A stretch of 64,000 nt of DNA from Eledone cirrhosa (GCA_964016885.1 CAXHJY010000724.1:1-64000); one strand, 5' to 3'; numbered from the stretch's first letter, positions 40,865 through 56,148 are shown. The notes: generated by a model not told the origin, from the sequence alone. A program made the numbers and translations.

Positions 40865-41560
40865 TGGTGTCCATAAAGTCTATTTACAATTTATAAATAT
40901 TATTTCAAATGAAAAGATAAATATGTGAAAATTATTACAAAATGAGGTGTAGATATTGAAGTTCATTTTTATTAATTTAATACACCTTTATATGGGCACA
41001 ATTAGTTGCACGAAGCACATCACGATGGTACTCGATTTCTTGCTATGTCAGCCTCATGAATGGGGGCAATGGAATCAGTGATATTTTGCTTTAGATCAGT
41101 CGTCTCCCATATCTTTGTTCGATACACGATATCTTTGTCGTGAAAAAGTCCAGGGATGTGAGATCTGGTGAACTCGGTGGTCAGGCAATTTGGCCATCAC
41201 TTCCAATCGACCAATCTGGAAATGTTTGATTTAGGAACATGCAGTCCCCAATGTGGTGGCATAGCATCTTGCTGGAAAATGATTGGTTGTTGAAAGTCAT
41301 CTAGTTGTGGTGCCACATATTCCAGTCAAAAGGTCAAGGTAAACATTTGCAGTAGTTGATGTCTCGTTTAAGAAATATGGACCAATAATTCGATTGCGCA
41401 TCATCCCATACCACACGGTGGATCCCTTCCAATCGTGGTTCTGTACTTTTACTGAGTCTGCGTATCCGATTTTGTTTCAAACATTGTGCCTCTTCTTGAG
41501 GAGTAGCCATTTTTGGGGAGTTCATTTTACAGTACCTCTTTCATCAACAAAATACCAATA
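40865..41560 (-). mobile_element. Internally deleted Tc1/mariner-superfamily transposon remnant
   Basis: MATPQEEAQC start; IFQQD..PPHWG; FPDWSIGSDGQIA*PPSSPDLTSLDF (WPxxSPDL motif); TIR-like GGTGTCCATAAAGTCT at about 40866, also seen at about 40438. Confidence 0.75.
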
Positions 41561-42179
41561 ATGCAGTTTGAGTAAAAACTTTGATAACTACTGAGAACAT
41601 AGAACAAGGTATCTCATCAATTGTATTTGGCATCAATTTCTATAATTTCGACTCTCCAATTGCTTGCGAGTGAAAGTGAAATTTGGCATACGTGTCCTAA
41701 TTGGAAGCCTTCATATTGGCTTGGAAATAAATACCTGTTGGAGTTCGATATGATCATATAAAAACTTAGAAAGTCAATAATATCAAGCAGTTTCCAAAAA
41801 ATATCAAGCATATCACCTTTCAGCTACACGTCATGAATAAATGACGCATGCATTATATAACGCACTCTTGGAAACGCATGCTTGAAATTAATTTTGGATG
41901 GCCATCACTGCATTCATTTATGCTTGATAACTAACCACGAAATAATACGAAAAGCAATACCAACATCAAATTATGTAATGCTATATAATATAAATTATTC
42001 ATATTCCTTAATATACCAATCTACTTTCAATGTTTATGCCTAGGAGCTGCTAGGTTTACGTAACTCAGACTGGTTTTATAAATATTACCCATATGTGTTA
42101 CCAATATAGTTGAAATTTAGTATTACTTGCAGGTAATACCGCAAGTTTTCACCTTTCTTTATTATTATTAATATAATGG

Positions 42180-42400
42180 CTAGGCTGTTAAATTGATAGT
42201 ATCAGTGGAACCTCGAACAAAATGCTTTCCGTTATTTTGTTAGAACATTCTACGTTCAACACCGACAATGTTCAACGTTGCCTTTCATTCTTCCACGGAC
42301 GATAAAATAAAGTACCAGTAAAAGAGTGGAGTAAATATAATCGACATTCTGTACACCTATGTTGCTCGCATTGTGGCAAATTTCAAAGGAACTATTATAA
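42180..42400 (+). mobile_element. Diverged tRNA-derived SINE
   Basis: TTGCCTTTCATTCTT..GACGATAAAATAAAGTACCAGT core. Confidence 0.65.
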
Positions 42401-43223
42401 TAATAACCTAGTACATTTATTAGTAAATTTAAAATAGATGTTCAAATAGGCTCATAATAATAACAATGACAAGAAGAATGAAAGAATGAAGTGAAGGGCC
42501 GAAAACGAAGTTAAAGCGAAGAGAAAACGGTGAGAGATATAGAGCGACCTGTAAACATTTGCTAGGTGGTATAATTCAGCTTCTACCAAAGAGATGATGG
42601 TGAAAGTGTTTCCGCACAGAACACACAATGATAGTTATTGAATCAGCCATCTGTCCTTAGGTGTGATCTCCCCGCCCCGATTTGGCAAAAGAAAACCGCT
42701 GTGCAGGAAATGAGGACTCCGGAAGTCTTAACAATAATCAGTATCGCAGCATGATTAACACTGTTGGGTGCAACCGTGTCATTAAATACAGCGATTGTGT
42801 CCTGGATATTTGAGAAGTCAATGTTCAAATGCTACCAGGCTGAAATTCTTTTATTTTTTTACATCAGTAACTGTATAAAATAGTTCCATGTTGATTTCAT
42901 CGATCACACCACTTCTGGAACAATGTCGCGTTTATACCTAATTATGAATCGATATTTCTAATCAGTTTCACAGTATGTTATAAAAACAAACTCCAAAATT
43001 CACCAAACAATGTGTCTATAGCGCAAATATATATTTTCAGTAAAAATATAATATTAAGGATATAGACAGCGGAGAAACAGCCTCTATTATCAACCGAGGG
43101 AAAATGGCTTTCTGTTATAATTTACCTTTTTGAAAGGTGGACACATGGAGAAAATATAATGTGAGATAAGCGAGAGACTTTACTTTGGGTTGCATTATAA
43201 ATATTAACACGCACTTATACATA

Positions 43224-43282
<59 letters not shown>

Positions 43283-44687
43283 GTATATATATACAAACAC
43301 ACATAGGCAAACACGCACAGATATATATATATATATAAATATATATGCATATGCGTGCATATACATATCCCTGTGCGTCAGAAAATCAATAATTTTCAGT
43401 CACATCGAGATATTGAAAATCTATTAAAGATAAAGTGCGTATTTTTTTCCTGAAAGTGAGAACAAATATTTAATTTCTTTAATGTTTGCATGTGTGTTTT
43501 TTAGTGTTATCTTAGTTTTAGTTGCTATGAAAATAATGCTGACTGTGTCAACAGAGGAAATATTATGTTGATGGTAGCTTTGTTCGGAAATGCTGATTCA
43601 CTTTTCAACGTTGGAGAAATGAAAGGCAGCTGAGAGTATATGACATATTTGACATCAAATTCACGAATTATTTTTATTTTTATGAGCTGCAATTCCAAAT
43701 AATAGCCACATCACTTGGTGTGTATTTCTGAGACAGAAAACCAGTGAATCCGTAAACGGCTCACCAGATTTCAAAGAAATAGACATAAATCAAGCGTCAA
43801 CCACATGCATCTTAACAGCCTCAGGCGAAGTTTGAACTAACTGCATAAGGTCATGCAATTTCCACCGTCTTCAACAGCACACGCATCAAATTCCTACACA
43901 TCCCAGAAGTGTCATAGTACCATAGCTTAAAAACAATTAACATGCTTCTATCAAAACTCCAAGCTTGCCATTGTTGTGCACAATTGGGTAACTCTTCTCG
44001 TTAACGATCATCATCAACAAAAAAACATCTTCACCATCAAAGCTGGCTTTCTTCTCCAGGACCGCAAATGACACCAGTGTTCCCAAACTAAAAAAATATC
44101 TGGAAAGCTTTGTATGACTAACAATTAGATACTGCTTTCCAAATCCTTTATCGCCTGTAAAGAAAACTCATTGGTTGTATGAACATGAACACACATCTCT
44201 CTTGGTTTCATGGACACTCTATCTCTTACAATATTTATAGAGCCTTCTGTTCCTTCAATTTGGCAGGTTCGATACCACCTCCAGTTTAGCACTCCCATAT
44301 GACAATAGTCCCTTCTCCTTTTGTTGAACATATTGCAACCACGCCCTAAACATATACGTAGCACTTCCTTTCCCAAAGCTAGGTTCTTCTTAATCACCTC
44401 ACTGTATATTTACCTGCCTTCAGCCATAATGTATAATTTTGAAGATAATTGCTAACTACTAAGGGACCATAGACGCATAATTTTAAGATGTTTTCATATA
44501 TTTATATTCATTGGAAAAAGGTATTACGTTAATTTGTCAGTGAAAAGCACATTCCTTATATGAAATAGGGTGAGAAAAAATTCGTACAGTTGTTTCATAT
44601 TCGTTCATTGTCAATATAGGTATGAACATACAGAAGTGTTGATAAAAAGAACTATACAACGGATAACAATTTCAAAATATAATTCCG

Positions 44688-44824
44688 TCTTCATCTTCTT
44701 CTTCTTCTTCTTCTTCTTCTTCTTCTTCTTCTTCTTCTTCTTCTTCTTCTTCACCACCATCATCATCTGCGTCGTCGTCGTCGTCCTCCTGATCATCACC
44801 ACCACCACCACCACCACCACCACC

Positions 44825-44869
<45 letters not shown>

Positions 44870-44875
44870 TTCTTC

Positions 44876-44929
<54 letters not shown>
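44688..44929. repeat. Compound trinucleotide microsatellite (TTC)n(GTC)n(CAC)n(CAT)n(ATT)n
   Basis: Directly visible; the (ATT)n end is the tail of the adjacent LINE. Confidence 0.97.
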
Positions 44930-44930
<1 letters not shown>

Positions 44931-46850
44931 AGTTGCATTTATATTGCTTTATGTTCATACGAGTTATCACCAAGTTACAACCAGTGACCTCAAGAGACAA
45001 CAAGGTCCGCCATGTTCAAGAAAGAACATACATATTCACACATGCATCTTTAGTGTTTAGACTTGTGATGTACTTATATGGACAGACTCTTCCTTAGTAT
45101 ATGGGCAGTTCCCATTAGTACTATCTTATGTATTTCTCCTATACGCAGGTTTCCTGGGATTTGCGATATGTAATCATTAGACCCCTTAGGTATTATTCCC
45201 AGAGCGCCTACAACCACTGGTATTGTTTTAGTTCTCAATTTCCACATTTTTCCAATTTCTATCTCCAGGTCCTTATACTTGCTCAATTTTTCAAATGTTT
45301 TTATAGATACATTCTTGTCTATTGGAACAGACATATCAATTAGCAGGCATACCCTCTTTTGAAAGTCTTTTGCATCTATTTTTCGGTCTGTTTGGATGCT
45401 AAAGTTCCACAAGATTGAGATGTGATCTTTTTCAAGTATGAGAGGTGGTTGATGCTCCCACCAATTCTTTTGATGGGGCAGGTCAAAATGCTTACACATT
45501 ATCCAATGTATGTATTGTGCAGCTCTGTCATGCCTGTTTAGGTATTCGGTTGGAGCTATAGGACTGCACATTGAAATTATATGGTCAATGGTCTCTGGTT
45601 GATTTTTGCATACACGGCATAATGGGCTGCACCCATTTTTTATTATGTTGGCTTGGTAATTTTTTGTTGGCAGACACTGATCTTGTGCCGATATAATCAG
45701 TCCTTCAGTCTCCGATTTCAGTCCAGAGGATGCCAACCACTGATGGGTTAAAGTTTTGTCAACATCAGGATTGTTAGCTCGCTCTGGGTATTTTCCATAC
45801 AGAGGCTTTTCTTGCCATTTCTTAGCCAGTTTCTGTAGCAGTTCTTTCTTTGCAGTTACTTTTACCTGCTTTGCTTTTTCTGTGTTTTCCATTTCAGCAG
45901 TAAATGGGACTTCTGAAATTTGTAGTCCATTACTGTATCTTTGTGCATCTTTTGTAATGGAATATGATCTTTTGATGCTTTCGTGTTTCAGAACGAGTTT
46001 GATCATCCAATCATGTGATTCCCTTAGATATGTAGATAATCCAATTGTTGCAGTTTTCAACGCAATGTATAACTGGATTAACCCACGTCCTCCTTCTTTC
46101 CTAGGGAGATATATTCTATCTATATCTGCTTTAGGGTGATGCATTCTGTGCATGGTTAAGAATTTTAGAATTTTTGTATCGAGCCTACGGGTCTCTGTGC
46201 TTGACCAGTTGATGACATTGTAACTGTAGGTTACTACTGGTATGGCAAGCGTGTTTATGGCATCGATTCTATTCCTTGCATTCAATTCAGTTCTTAAGAT
46301 TGCTCTCACTCTGCGGTAACATTCCTTCCTTATCCTTTCCCTCATTGTCGAGTGCTTGTTTCCGTCTCCTTCACAAACACCTAGATATTTGTAAGTTTTT
46401 TCTTGATCAAGTTCTCTTATCACGTTCCCCCGATCAAGATTAATGTATGAACTCTTCAGCAGCTTTCCTCTGGTGAACGTTGCTCTGGCGCATTTATCTA
46501 GTCCAAATTCCATTTTAATGTCATAACTAAACTGCTTCACGGTGGATAATAGCCCTTGCAATTGTTCATCATTTTTTGCAAATAGTTTCAGGTCATCCAT
46601 GTAGAATAGGTGATTAATGGTTTTGTCATAGACTTTATATCCACGTTTTGTTTCATTGAGCATTTTACATAATGGTATAAATGCGATGCAGAATAAAAGC
46701 GGTGATAAAGAGTCACCCTGAAAAATTCCACACTTAATATTAACTTCTCCAGTTTCCAGTGATTTTGTTTCACTATCAAAGGGAGTGTCGTTTTCTATGT
46801 CTTCATACTGAATGACAAAAACCTCCTGACAACTGGGGATACTTTGAAAA
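44930..46850 (-). mobile_element. 5'-truncated R4/Dong-type LINE, family B
   Basis: ORF 45074-46663 (529 aa): HLFYMDDLKLF, YKYLG, KEGGRGL, CRVCKNQPETIDHIISMC, RHD, D..K..KY; (TAA)n tail. Confidence 0.92.
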
Positions 46851-47637
46851 CCCCATTTCGGCCGCTTGTATTTGTGATTGTATACCTTCGTTTACTACAC
46901 AATTTTCATGACGATATAGTTAAGGTTGACACGAATACTGAACCAAAGTTAGCGAGATTGGCTGTTACACCCAACTCCCTTTTTCTGATGTAGGAATGCT
47001 GAAATTGGCGCATGACTGCATCGGCTCCTGCAATTCAAAGGGCGGAAGAACTCAGAAGAGTCAACGGTCATTCAACAATGTTTTTTTTTCTTTGGAGCGA
47101 GAGACTCCGCATCTTCATTAAGACCTCTCGCTGGGAGAAGGTCACTCTGATATGAAGCCTACGACTACGCTTGAATCCAATGTTGTAGACCAGTTCTTCT
47201 TTTTGATGTTCAGGATTCTCTTGATATGTGACATATTTTGCGATGCATGGAGCGATACATGTCTATAGGAAAGTCTCTAGCATGTATCTATACATATGCC
47301 AATGTCCATGTTTGATTACACCAAACAGCTTAGTATCATGTCAAAGGGTCAACAAATTTGGTACATAAACATGTTATGACCATGCCAATAATCATCTGAT
47401 TATATTTCATTACTGATGTGACAAAAGAAAACTGATAACTGCCACAATGAATCATGTGCGTCATTACTAAAATAGAACTTAAAACATTGAGATTTAAAAT
47501 AGTAAATAATAATACAGCTATAGATGTTAGACAGCATTGTCTGTAACAAAGCGTTGCAACAAACACAAAAATGTATTTAAACCTCGTGAGACAGTAAGGG
47601 AAATCGAAAGAGAATATTAATATAGATATTTGCCTTA

Positions 47638-47684
<47 letters not shown>

Positions 47685-47912
47685 CAAAAATTAGTATATT
47701 TGTGTTATTTTACATATACATTAAAATAAAACGTGCGGATATGTCCATATCTTTATGCATCAATATATGTTTGCATATACGTACGTGTGTATGTTTACTT
47801 CTAGAAAACCCACCACATAAATATAAATAAAAAATATATATGAATATAGATATGAATATAAAATGATTTGTTCTTGCACCTCTGTCGCTTTCTACGATGA
47901 GTGCTTCATATA

Positions 47913-47960
<48 letters not shown>

Positions 47961-47970
47961 TATATACATA

Positions 47971-48047
<77 letters not shown>

Positions 48048-48381
48048 ATGTATAAACACAGACAAACAATACAATAAACGTTTTTATACAATACGTTGGT
48101 ATATTTTCGGGTGCATGTGTATTACCTCTTCAATTTGTTTCGTATCATTACTATGTCAGTTATTTTTTTTATGTCATTTCATGTTTATCCCCTGCTTGTG
48201 GTTTGCGTATTTCAAAGGTCTCTTTACTTTTTCTCAAAGCATTTTTATTGCTACTCTTTTTGATCTTTCGATTAATACCTGAACAAAACCACATTCACAT
48301 ACACACATATATACATATATATATATATATATATATTTATATATCTATATATCTATATACATATATATGATACACACACAC

Positions 48382-48426
<45 letters not shown>

Positions 48427-48502
48427 CGTGTGTGTGCGTGTATATATATATATATGGGTTTGTGTGTGTATGTGTGTTTGTGTGTTTGTGTGTTTGTGTG
48501 TG

Positions 48503-48592
<90 letters not shown>

Positions 48593-49156
48593 TGTGTGTA
48601 TTTGCACTTCCATTGTCTCCAGTTTTAATATAAAATATTTCTATAATCTGAAGTTGCATTATTCGATAAGAATAACACATACGCTATATAACATTTATGA
48701 ATATACGTCACCATTATATATTTTTTCGTTGTTTTGTTTTCGTAATATCGTCATCATTCATATAGTTTGGTGTCTTCTATTATCGCATTTAAAAATTCAA
48801 TAATAACTTGTCATTGAGTCATATCAATTTTCATACTCGTTGCCACTTTGAGTGCATCATAAAATATATTTTTGCGTATATTTTTTCCTTGTGTTATATA
48901 GCTTTCAATCATTATTTTCATATTCATTGCATCCTTAAGGTTTTATAATATATTTCTTGATCTTTCTTTTTCTATTTTGGTTGTCTCTTTCTTTCATTAA
49001 TCGGAGTTTTCCTATATAAACTATTTGAGATTCTAATTCATACGTTCATCTACATGACATATAAGTTATTAAATATTTTACTGCCATTCGTTTTCGAAAT
49101 ATCTGTCATTATATTGTTCACTATTATATATTGTTCACTATTATTACTTTGGGCTC

Positions 49157-49205
<49 letters not shown>

Positions 49206-51699
49206 ACCTCTTTGTTTTTCTGTGTTTAATATGTATAAATTAGTGAATATTGAAGTAAGTTCCAGGCACAATAGAGTATTGCCTGATCTCTATATTGTGT
49301 TTCAAATTGGATGTAGATCTCATGTGAAGGGTGGAGTATTTCGTATTCATTTCTTTGAAGGTGTCAACAGAAACGATATTTTACCGTTTTTTGAATGAGA
49401 ACGATTGAGATTTGAAGTTCAAAACGATGAAAGCTTAATGGATGTAAATATTAGAATATGTTCAATCACCATAGATGATGTTAAGTCAGAAAAAAAGATT
49501 TTAAAAAATAGAAAACTAGTGGGGAATTAAAGTGCCGATAGAAAGTCAATTAAATTCAGGAATAATTGTTCTGGATCACTGCACTATGAGTTCAAATCCT
49601 GACTAGTCCAAATTCGCTTTCCATTAAAAACAAAGTACTAGTACATATGGTGGATTAGTGGAATCTTGCATACCTCAAGCAGAGAGCCTCTACCAACCGT
49701 TGCAAACTGGAATTAGAATCAGTAATGGAAAAATATTAATGAAGAAATATTTGCATCGAGCCGTTACAACGTCGGAAGAATCTTTTTCATTATTCGGTCC
49801 GGCCCCTTGCCTTCAACTATGACTTACCATATTTCAAGATTGAGAAGAAAGATATCAGTCAAATAGTGGAGTTAATTCAACGTCTGCACCTGTTTCTCAC
49901 TTTTTGTCTCACGTTTTATCACTCCTCGGGAAGGATTCTGCCGTGTCAGACATGTAAAATGTATGGGCCTCGTCTGTTTTAAAATGTCCAGAACACGTTG
50001 TAAATCACAACGGCACATTTTTTTCCATCGCTATGCAAGGATCATATATAAAATAGCTGCGTTATGTCATCAATTATATGTTTATTTTCTCAACGTGTTT
50101 ATTATGGTAATGCGCCTATTGACTTTACATTATTGCCCGCTAACGATACATTCAAGAAAATTAATTTTTCTTTTTTTTTTATTCTTTTACTTCTTTTCCG
50201 TTTAAATGTGTTTTGATTTCTTCGGTGCTTTTAATTGGTTGTTGGCGAAATCATTTTCATTTAAAGATGAGATTTTTTGTTTATTGAAGAATAAATATGT
50301 TCTCATTTTCCATGACAACGTATTTCATGATTTAGTGAAAATATGATATTTTATGATGAGGCGACAGAGTATAAGACGGTAAATTTGGCATTGTCATTAG
50401 GTCATGAGATCAGTATTTGCTCCGGCTCACTTTGTTTGGAATTCAAATCTCATCTAGGCCGTCTTTGCCATTCATACATTTGTGGTCAATAATTAAGTAT
50501 CGGTCGCTCTCTGACAGGTTTGCAGTCGAGCCCCTAGAAGTGGAAACTTCCGGTGTATTTGGCCGTAGATCTACCTCTCTACATACTACCATAGGTGCTG
50601 AGCTGGTTAGCCACAGTTGTGAGCCTCCCGAGATGGAATTACTATTCTAGCGCACCTCCCTTATCATCCTCCGGGCAAAAACCTTCTCCATTCTGTTAGC
50701 CAGGGCTATCGGACCACATTTTTTCATAATAGAGAGAGATGGGGCGAGCAAGAGATCGAGGCGATGACAGTTGGAGTTCGAACCTGGTTTGCAGAACTGG
50801 TAACAATGTTTGTATCCAGTAAGGGCTTATGTTATACGATCTGGAGAGGTGCATACTTATTTAAAATCCCTACTCATTCAAACAGGTTGTGAAACAGATC
50901 TGCCTCTCTCACATCAGCGATGGGAAAACCAATGGAAACATAACTTCATTCGTCGGATCTGACGATTGGTCTTCTGCCCTTTTCTTTATCATATCTATGT
51001 TGGACCCATCAAGTCCAACTTCATTCCCGATACGTCTGTCTTCCGTGGTATTATTGTTTAATAATTGTCATTATATCTAATAATAAACCGTGTGTCACTG
51101 TTGATATTTCTGTTAACCAGTGTTATATCTACTCGTTCGTCTTTCGTTTACTTTCTGTTAGCCTTTCCTTATATTTGTTTGTGATGATATGGAAGTGAAA
51201 TATGAGGTACTAATTTCTCATTATTGACTGTAACGACAGCTGCATTATTTTGGTTACTATTAGAGTTGCTATTGTTGTTTACAGGTTTTGACATAACAGA
51301 CCATGTTTCTATCTTCCTCAATACTAAAACTGCAAGAGAACTGGATTGACACAATCATTAGTGCGTTGGATAAAATTAATAGCTGTAGTTCATGTCAGAC
51401 TTTTACATTCTGGTGTCACATCTCCATGAAATCAACTTTTCTTTTTCTCCTACAGGGATCGATAAAATAAACTAATAGGTTCTCTGTAATTTAATTTCCT
51501 CTTCTCCGAAATTTCTGCCTACGTTTGTGCCTACGTTAGTAAATCGTATTTATCAGTAAATTAACCAGCGAACTGAAAGATCCGTTAGAGCGTCAGACAA
51601 TTGCTTAAAAGTATATGTTCCGTTCACTTTAGGATCTAAATTCAAATCTCTCTCATGTTTCTATTTTTAGGGTGTGGGGCGTTAATAATATCGAACAGA

Positions 51700-51840
51700 G
51701 TCCTTCATTCGCACATGAATTTATTGACTCTGAAAGGATGTAAAGCGAAGGTGAGCTCGGCGTGATTTGAACGTAAAGAGCTATAACGAAATTCCGCAAA
51801 GCATTTTGTCCAACACTCTCACGATATTGCTGAACCACCA
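51700..51840 (-). mobile_element. Diverged tRNA-derived SINE
   Basis: GAAAGGATGTAAAGCGAAGGTGAGCTCGGCG.GATTTGAAC is the reverse SINE core; further fragments at about 51410-51650 (+). Confidence 0.65.
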
Positions 51841-53639
51841 CCCTGACTGATGAATAGAAATATTAACATAAATTCTCAATTGTGGTGTTTAAACATCGTT
51901 TTCAACAAAGGGACTACTCGGCAATTTCGTGTAGGTTCAAATTGGGTTGCGACCGATTAAATCGATTTTAGCCCTCACACGCTGTAGATACTATGTTTAG
52001 TGTTTTTTGATGAATAGTAATTGTCGCCTCCTTCTTATCCCCCTACTCCCTTTAGCAGCGGAAGAAGTAGTGGCGGTTTTTGTTGTTTTTACTGATGTCG
52101 TACTAGTCGTAGTTACTGTTGTTTTCAATCTTGTTGATGTTGATATTGACGTAATATATTTACAAGATCTAACTCTATTTTAGTAGAAATCAATTTCCAG
52201 TCAGTGAAAATGCATTGACATTTAGCCAGCTGAAAAATGTTACTAATTGGAATTGTATTAATAACAATGTTCCGCCTAGTTCAAATAATAGCTGTCCTTT
52301 TATTAAATGCTTGAGAAGGCAGGACAGTTTCGTTGATGTTAGCACCATTTATAACAAACGTTATCTCTAATATATGTTCAACCATTATATCTGATGTAGA
52401 ATTAATATATAGCCTTTTGGTTTCTCTGCTTCAAGCGAACTACCATTTAACGTAGATTGATTTAAAGAGTTGATAACTTCAGTTATGTTGTGTCCAACTA
52501 AGTTTCTGTTTATTTAATTTTTGTCATAAAGCCATGGCTTAGCGGGTGAGTAAATGCACTAAAAGCTTTCGGCTTCAATTTCACTTATGTCCATTCATGC
52601 AGTAAATAGTAAACATATACCAAATAGGAACATCAAATTCCATGGTGGTTTTATCAAGCTTTAGGGATACGGAGTCTCTTACATTAGCGTACATTGTCTG
52701 ATTCTTATATTTTCTCTGAATATAAGCAGCGAAAGAGTTGAGTCTTATGACATCGGATTAAAGGGGTCAGTATATGTTTAGGCTCAATAAGTTCTTAGTT
52801 AAAATCCTCCTGAATTTAAATTTGCCTTTCATCCTTTCAAGGTGGTTAAATGCAATACATATCAATGGAAAGTAAACCTGGATTTGTGGAATAGTTAGAG
52901 AGTGGTTTCAATGGGTTCACGCATAAAGTTATGTGAGAGTGTCCGCTTGTTAGACAGCTAACCACATGTTGGAGAAATGTGGCTTTGATATGTTGCTGAA
53001 TTCACGACGTTACTGCTGGAAAAAGTAATGTATCGCTGCATGTTAGATTCCAAATGCGCTGTTACCACCGCAAAACTGGAAGTTTGTGATGCTAACCGGA
53101 CTCATACCGTCCCCATGGCGTAACATGAGTGTCAGTAGGAAATGATTGGCGAGAGGAAATATGTATTTAAGTGCAATTCAATTCGAAAGATAGTAATTCA
53201 GTAGTTAAATTGTTTGAAGTTAAAGACTCCCTACTATATTCTAAACTTTACCATAGAGAAGAATGAACGATTATTTCTTTTGATTTTTCAATACAGGATT
53301 TCAGCAAAATGCTATTCGATATGACAAGTTCCAACGATTTTTTCAAAAGATAATTTTCAGTAACTAAACCAAGAAAGAATATAACATTAAGTATATTACC
53401 TATATTCATATATATGCGATATTATGTAATTTAACATTAATTATATAAGTTATATTCATAGATAAGTGTGATATTATATAATATTACATTAAGTGTATGA
53501 CATATACTCATAAATATGTGATAATATTTAACATATACAGGCTTGCTAAATTCTTTGAAGAAACTGTTTTAATGGCTCTAACCTTTTTATAACTTCTTCT
53601 GATTATCCTTTCTTTACAGATAGATAATCAAATGCATCA

Positions 53640-53735
53640 CGCTAACTCTACAGGGGAAGGGGCATGCTGTAATCGCTGCCTTAAAGGAAAAAGACGGAGG
53701 TTTAGAGATATGTAGAGACTTTCAGGCCATCCCAA
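53640..53735 (+). mobile_element. Possible tiny Gypsy-type RT remnant
   Basis: Translates to AVIAALKEKDGGLEICRDF, resembling PVVxVxKKDGxLRxCxDF. Confidence 0.3.
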
Positions 53736-54837
53736 CGGTCATGCACACAGAGTTTCCAGCAACTGTGATGATTCTGGGAGACGTAAGTAATAAGAGCGAT
53801 GCCATGCCTCTTGACATCCTTCCTCGGGGTTTAATGATCGATGCTGCTGAATATAAGTTGGTGTTGGTAGGGAGTTGAGAGGACAGGGTTGGAAAGCGTG
53901 AATAGCGGAAGACGAGTCTATGAACCGTCTTATAAGGCCACGACGACTAAATAATGGATGGGTACAATCTCTGCGAAAGCCCAAACCGAAATATATGGCG
54001 CCAGGAATAGCCGCAAGATTATTCACGTCAATTGTTTAAAAAATAAAACTCTTCTTTCAGGACTTATGATTCTTTTACGAAATTCATGATTATATCCTCA
54101 AAGAACTGAGAAAACATACATAATAGGTATATTAAATGCATGAGATATATTGAACAAACCATTAACTATATGCATGTGTGTGTGTGTGTGTGTGTGTGAG
54201 TGTGTGTGTGAGTGTGTGTTTGTGTGTGTTTTGTACGTGTGGTAGCGCCCGTGTGGGTTCATGTGTGGGATACTTGTCGTGATTTAAATTGTGTCATGAT
54301 TTCAATTCCAAGCTGTGCGTTGTGTCCTTGAACAAGATATTATATTTCACGTTGCTCAATTACACCCAGTTGAAAATAATGAGTTGTAATTATAATTCAA
54401 TGACCAGCTTTGTCACACAAGATGCCCAGTGGAATCTCCACTTGAATTAGGTTAAGGTGGTACAATTGACGAAATTCATTCGTCTGTAGAATGCTCACTT
54501 ACGTGTACTTTGATTCAACGGAGATGTTACTTTCACAAAAAATTATGTACTCATCGTAGAAAGCAACATATGTTCCACAAAATATCATTTTATATTCATA
54601 TCTAGATTCATATATACCGGTCGTATTATTGAATCATTCATGTGATATGTTTACGGAAATAAATAAATGTATATATACATATATATATATAAACGCACAC
54701 ACGCACACACGCACACACACACACACATATATATATACGTGTATGTATATGTATATATATATAAACAATATATGCATGATGAGAACAAGAAGATATAAGA
54801 ACGGACATGTAGAGGTTCCTAAAAAATAATTCCTAGA

Positions 54838-55242
54838 AAATAATTGTTTCTACTTTAGGCACAAGGCCAGCAATTTACCAGTGCATTACTGGTACTTTAT
54901 TTTATCGACCCCGTAAGGATGAAAGGCAAAGTCAACCTCGGCGGGATTTGAACTCAGATCGTAAAGGGACGTAACTATGCTGGAAAGCTTGGCGTCCGAC
55001 CCTCTACCGATACTGCCAATCCACCACCCTCCTAGCAAATAATTGTTTCTACTTTTGGCACAAGGCCAGCAATTACCCAGTGCATTACTGGTACTTTATT
55101 TTATCGACCCCTTAAGGATGAAAGGCAAAGTTAACCTCGGCAGAATTTGAACTCAGATCAGAAAGGGGCGTAACTCTGTGCTACAAAGCATGTTGTCCGA
55201 CCCTCTACCGATAGTGCCAAACCACCACCCTCCTAGCAAATA
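54838..55242 (-). mobile_element. Tandem dimer of tRNA-derived SINE (about 200-bp period)
   Basis: Two well-preserved head-to-tail copies, reverse complement of 28546-28732. Confidence 0.9.
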
Positions 55243-55574
55243 ATAAACACCAAGTATATTTTCTACTCAAAAGTTTAACTCATGTAACTATCAGGTACAT
55301 TCCAATTAACTAACGAAATTTGCTTCATATCTTCAATTCACTTTCCTGAAAGATTTTAAAATACTGCTAATTTTTTTGACACTTTTTTAAATTTTCAACT
55401 ATATTTGTTTTGTATTTTTTTTTTGTTTTTTTTTGTTTCATATTTTAGTTTTAATTGTCAAAAGTCATTTAAGCAGTCATATTTTTTTTCTTTCATTCGG
55501 TTCTATTTTTTGCTTTTTTGTCACTCTTCTAAATTTGCTCTTTTGCAAACTTACAAGAGGACTTAATTGACTAT

Positions 55575-55910
55575 ATCTCATCATCATCATCAAGATCATC
55601 ATCAACATCTTCACCGTCATTACATTCATTACCATCACAACCGACATCATCACCATCATCGTCATCATTATCATCATGAGTGTCATCGTTATCATCATCA
55701 TTACCACTACAATCAATATCATCGTTATCTTAACCACCATGAACACCACCCATTTCACTACCATACACATCGCCCCCCCCCCTCACCTCTTCCTCCTCAT
55801 CATTATCATCATCATCTTCACCATTATTATCCTAATTACTACAACCTTCATCATCATCATCATCACCATGTATGTCGCTGTAGTAGTCATCTTCACCTGC
55901 AGACGTCATC
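55575..55910. repeat. Degenerate (CAT)n low-complexity tract
   Basis: Directly visible. Confidence 0.9.
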
Positions 55911-56148
55911 ACCGTTAATTTCACCAGTGTCTAATGATGTTTTACTTCTTCTGTTGCTGTTATTTAACTAACATGTAAATTATACATCTCTCTATTCTTT
56001 TAACTTCACCCTTCTGCCATTTACCTTTCGTCTTACCTTTGTTGTGGAGTCGGCTCTCGCTATTTCTTTTCAAATGCTATTATCAGATTTGCTTATGGAG
56101 AAACATATCAGATAATCTTACATCTCTCACTTGGATACTAAGAGGAAA

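Noticed and set aside
43720-44480. Coding-like decayed segment, possibly a DNA-transposon relic
   Set aside because: No diagnostic motif or terminal repeat pair could be established by eye
50400-51150. Possible ancient LINE ORF1 relic on the minus strand (similar doubt for 20400-20990 and 46850-47270)
   Set aside because: Only faint motif resemblance; needs a profile search to support
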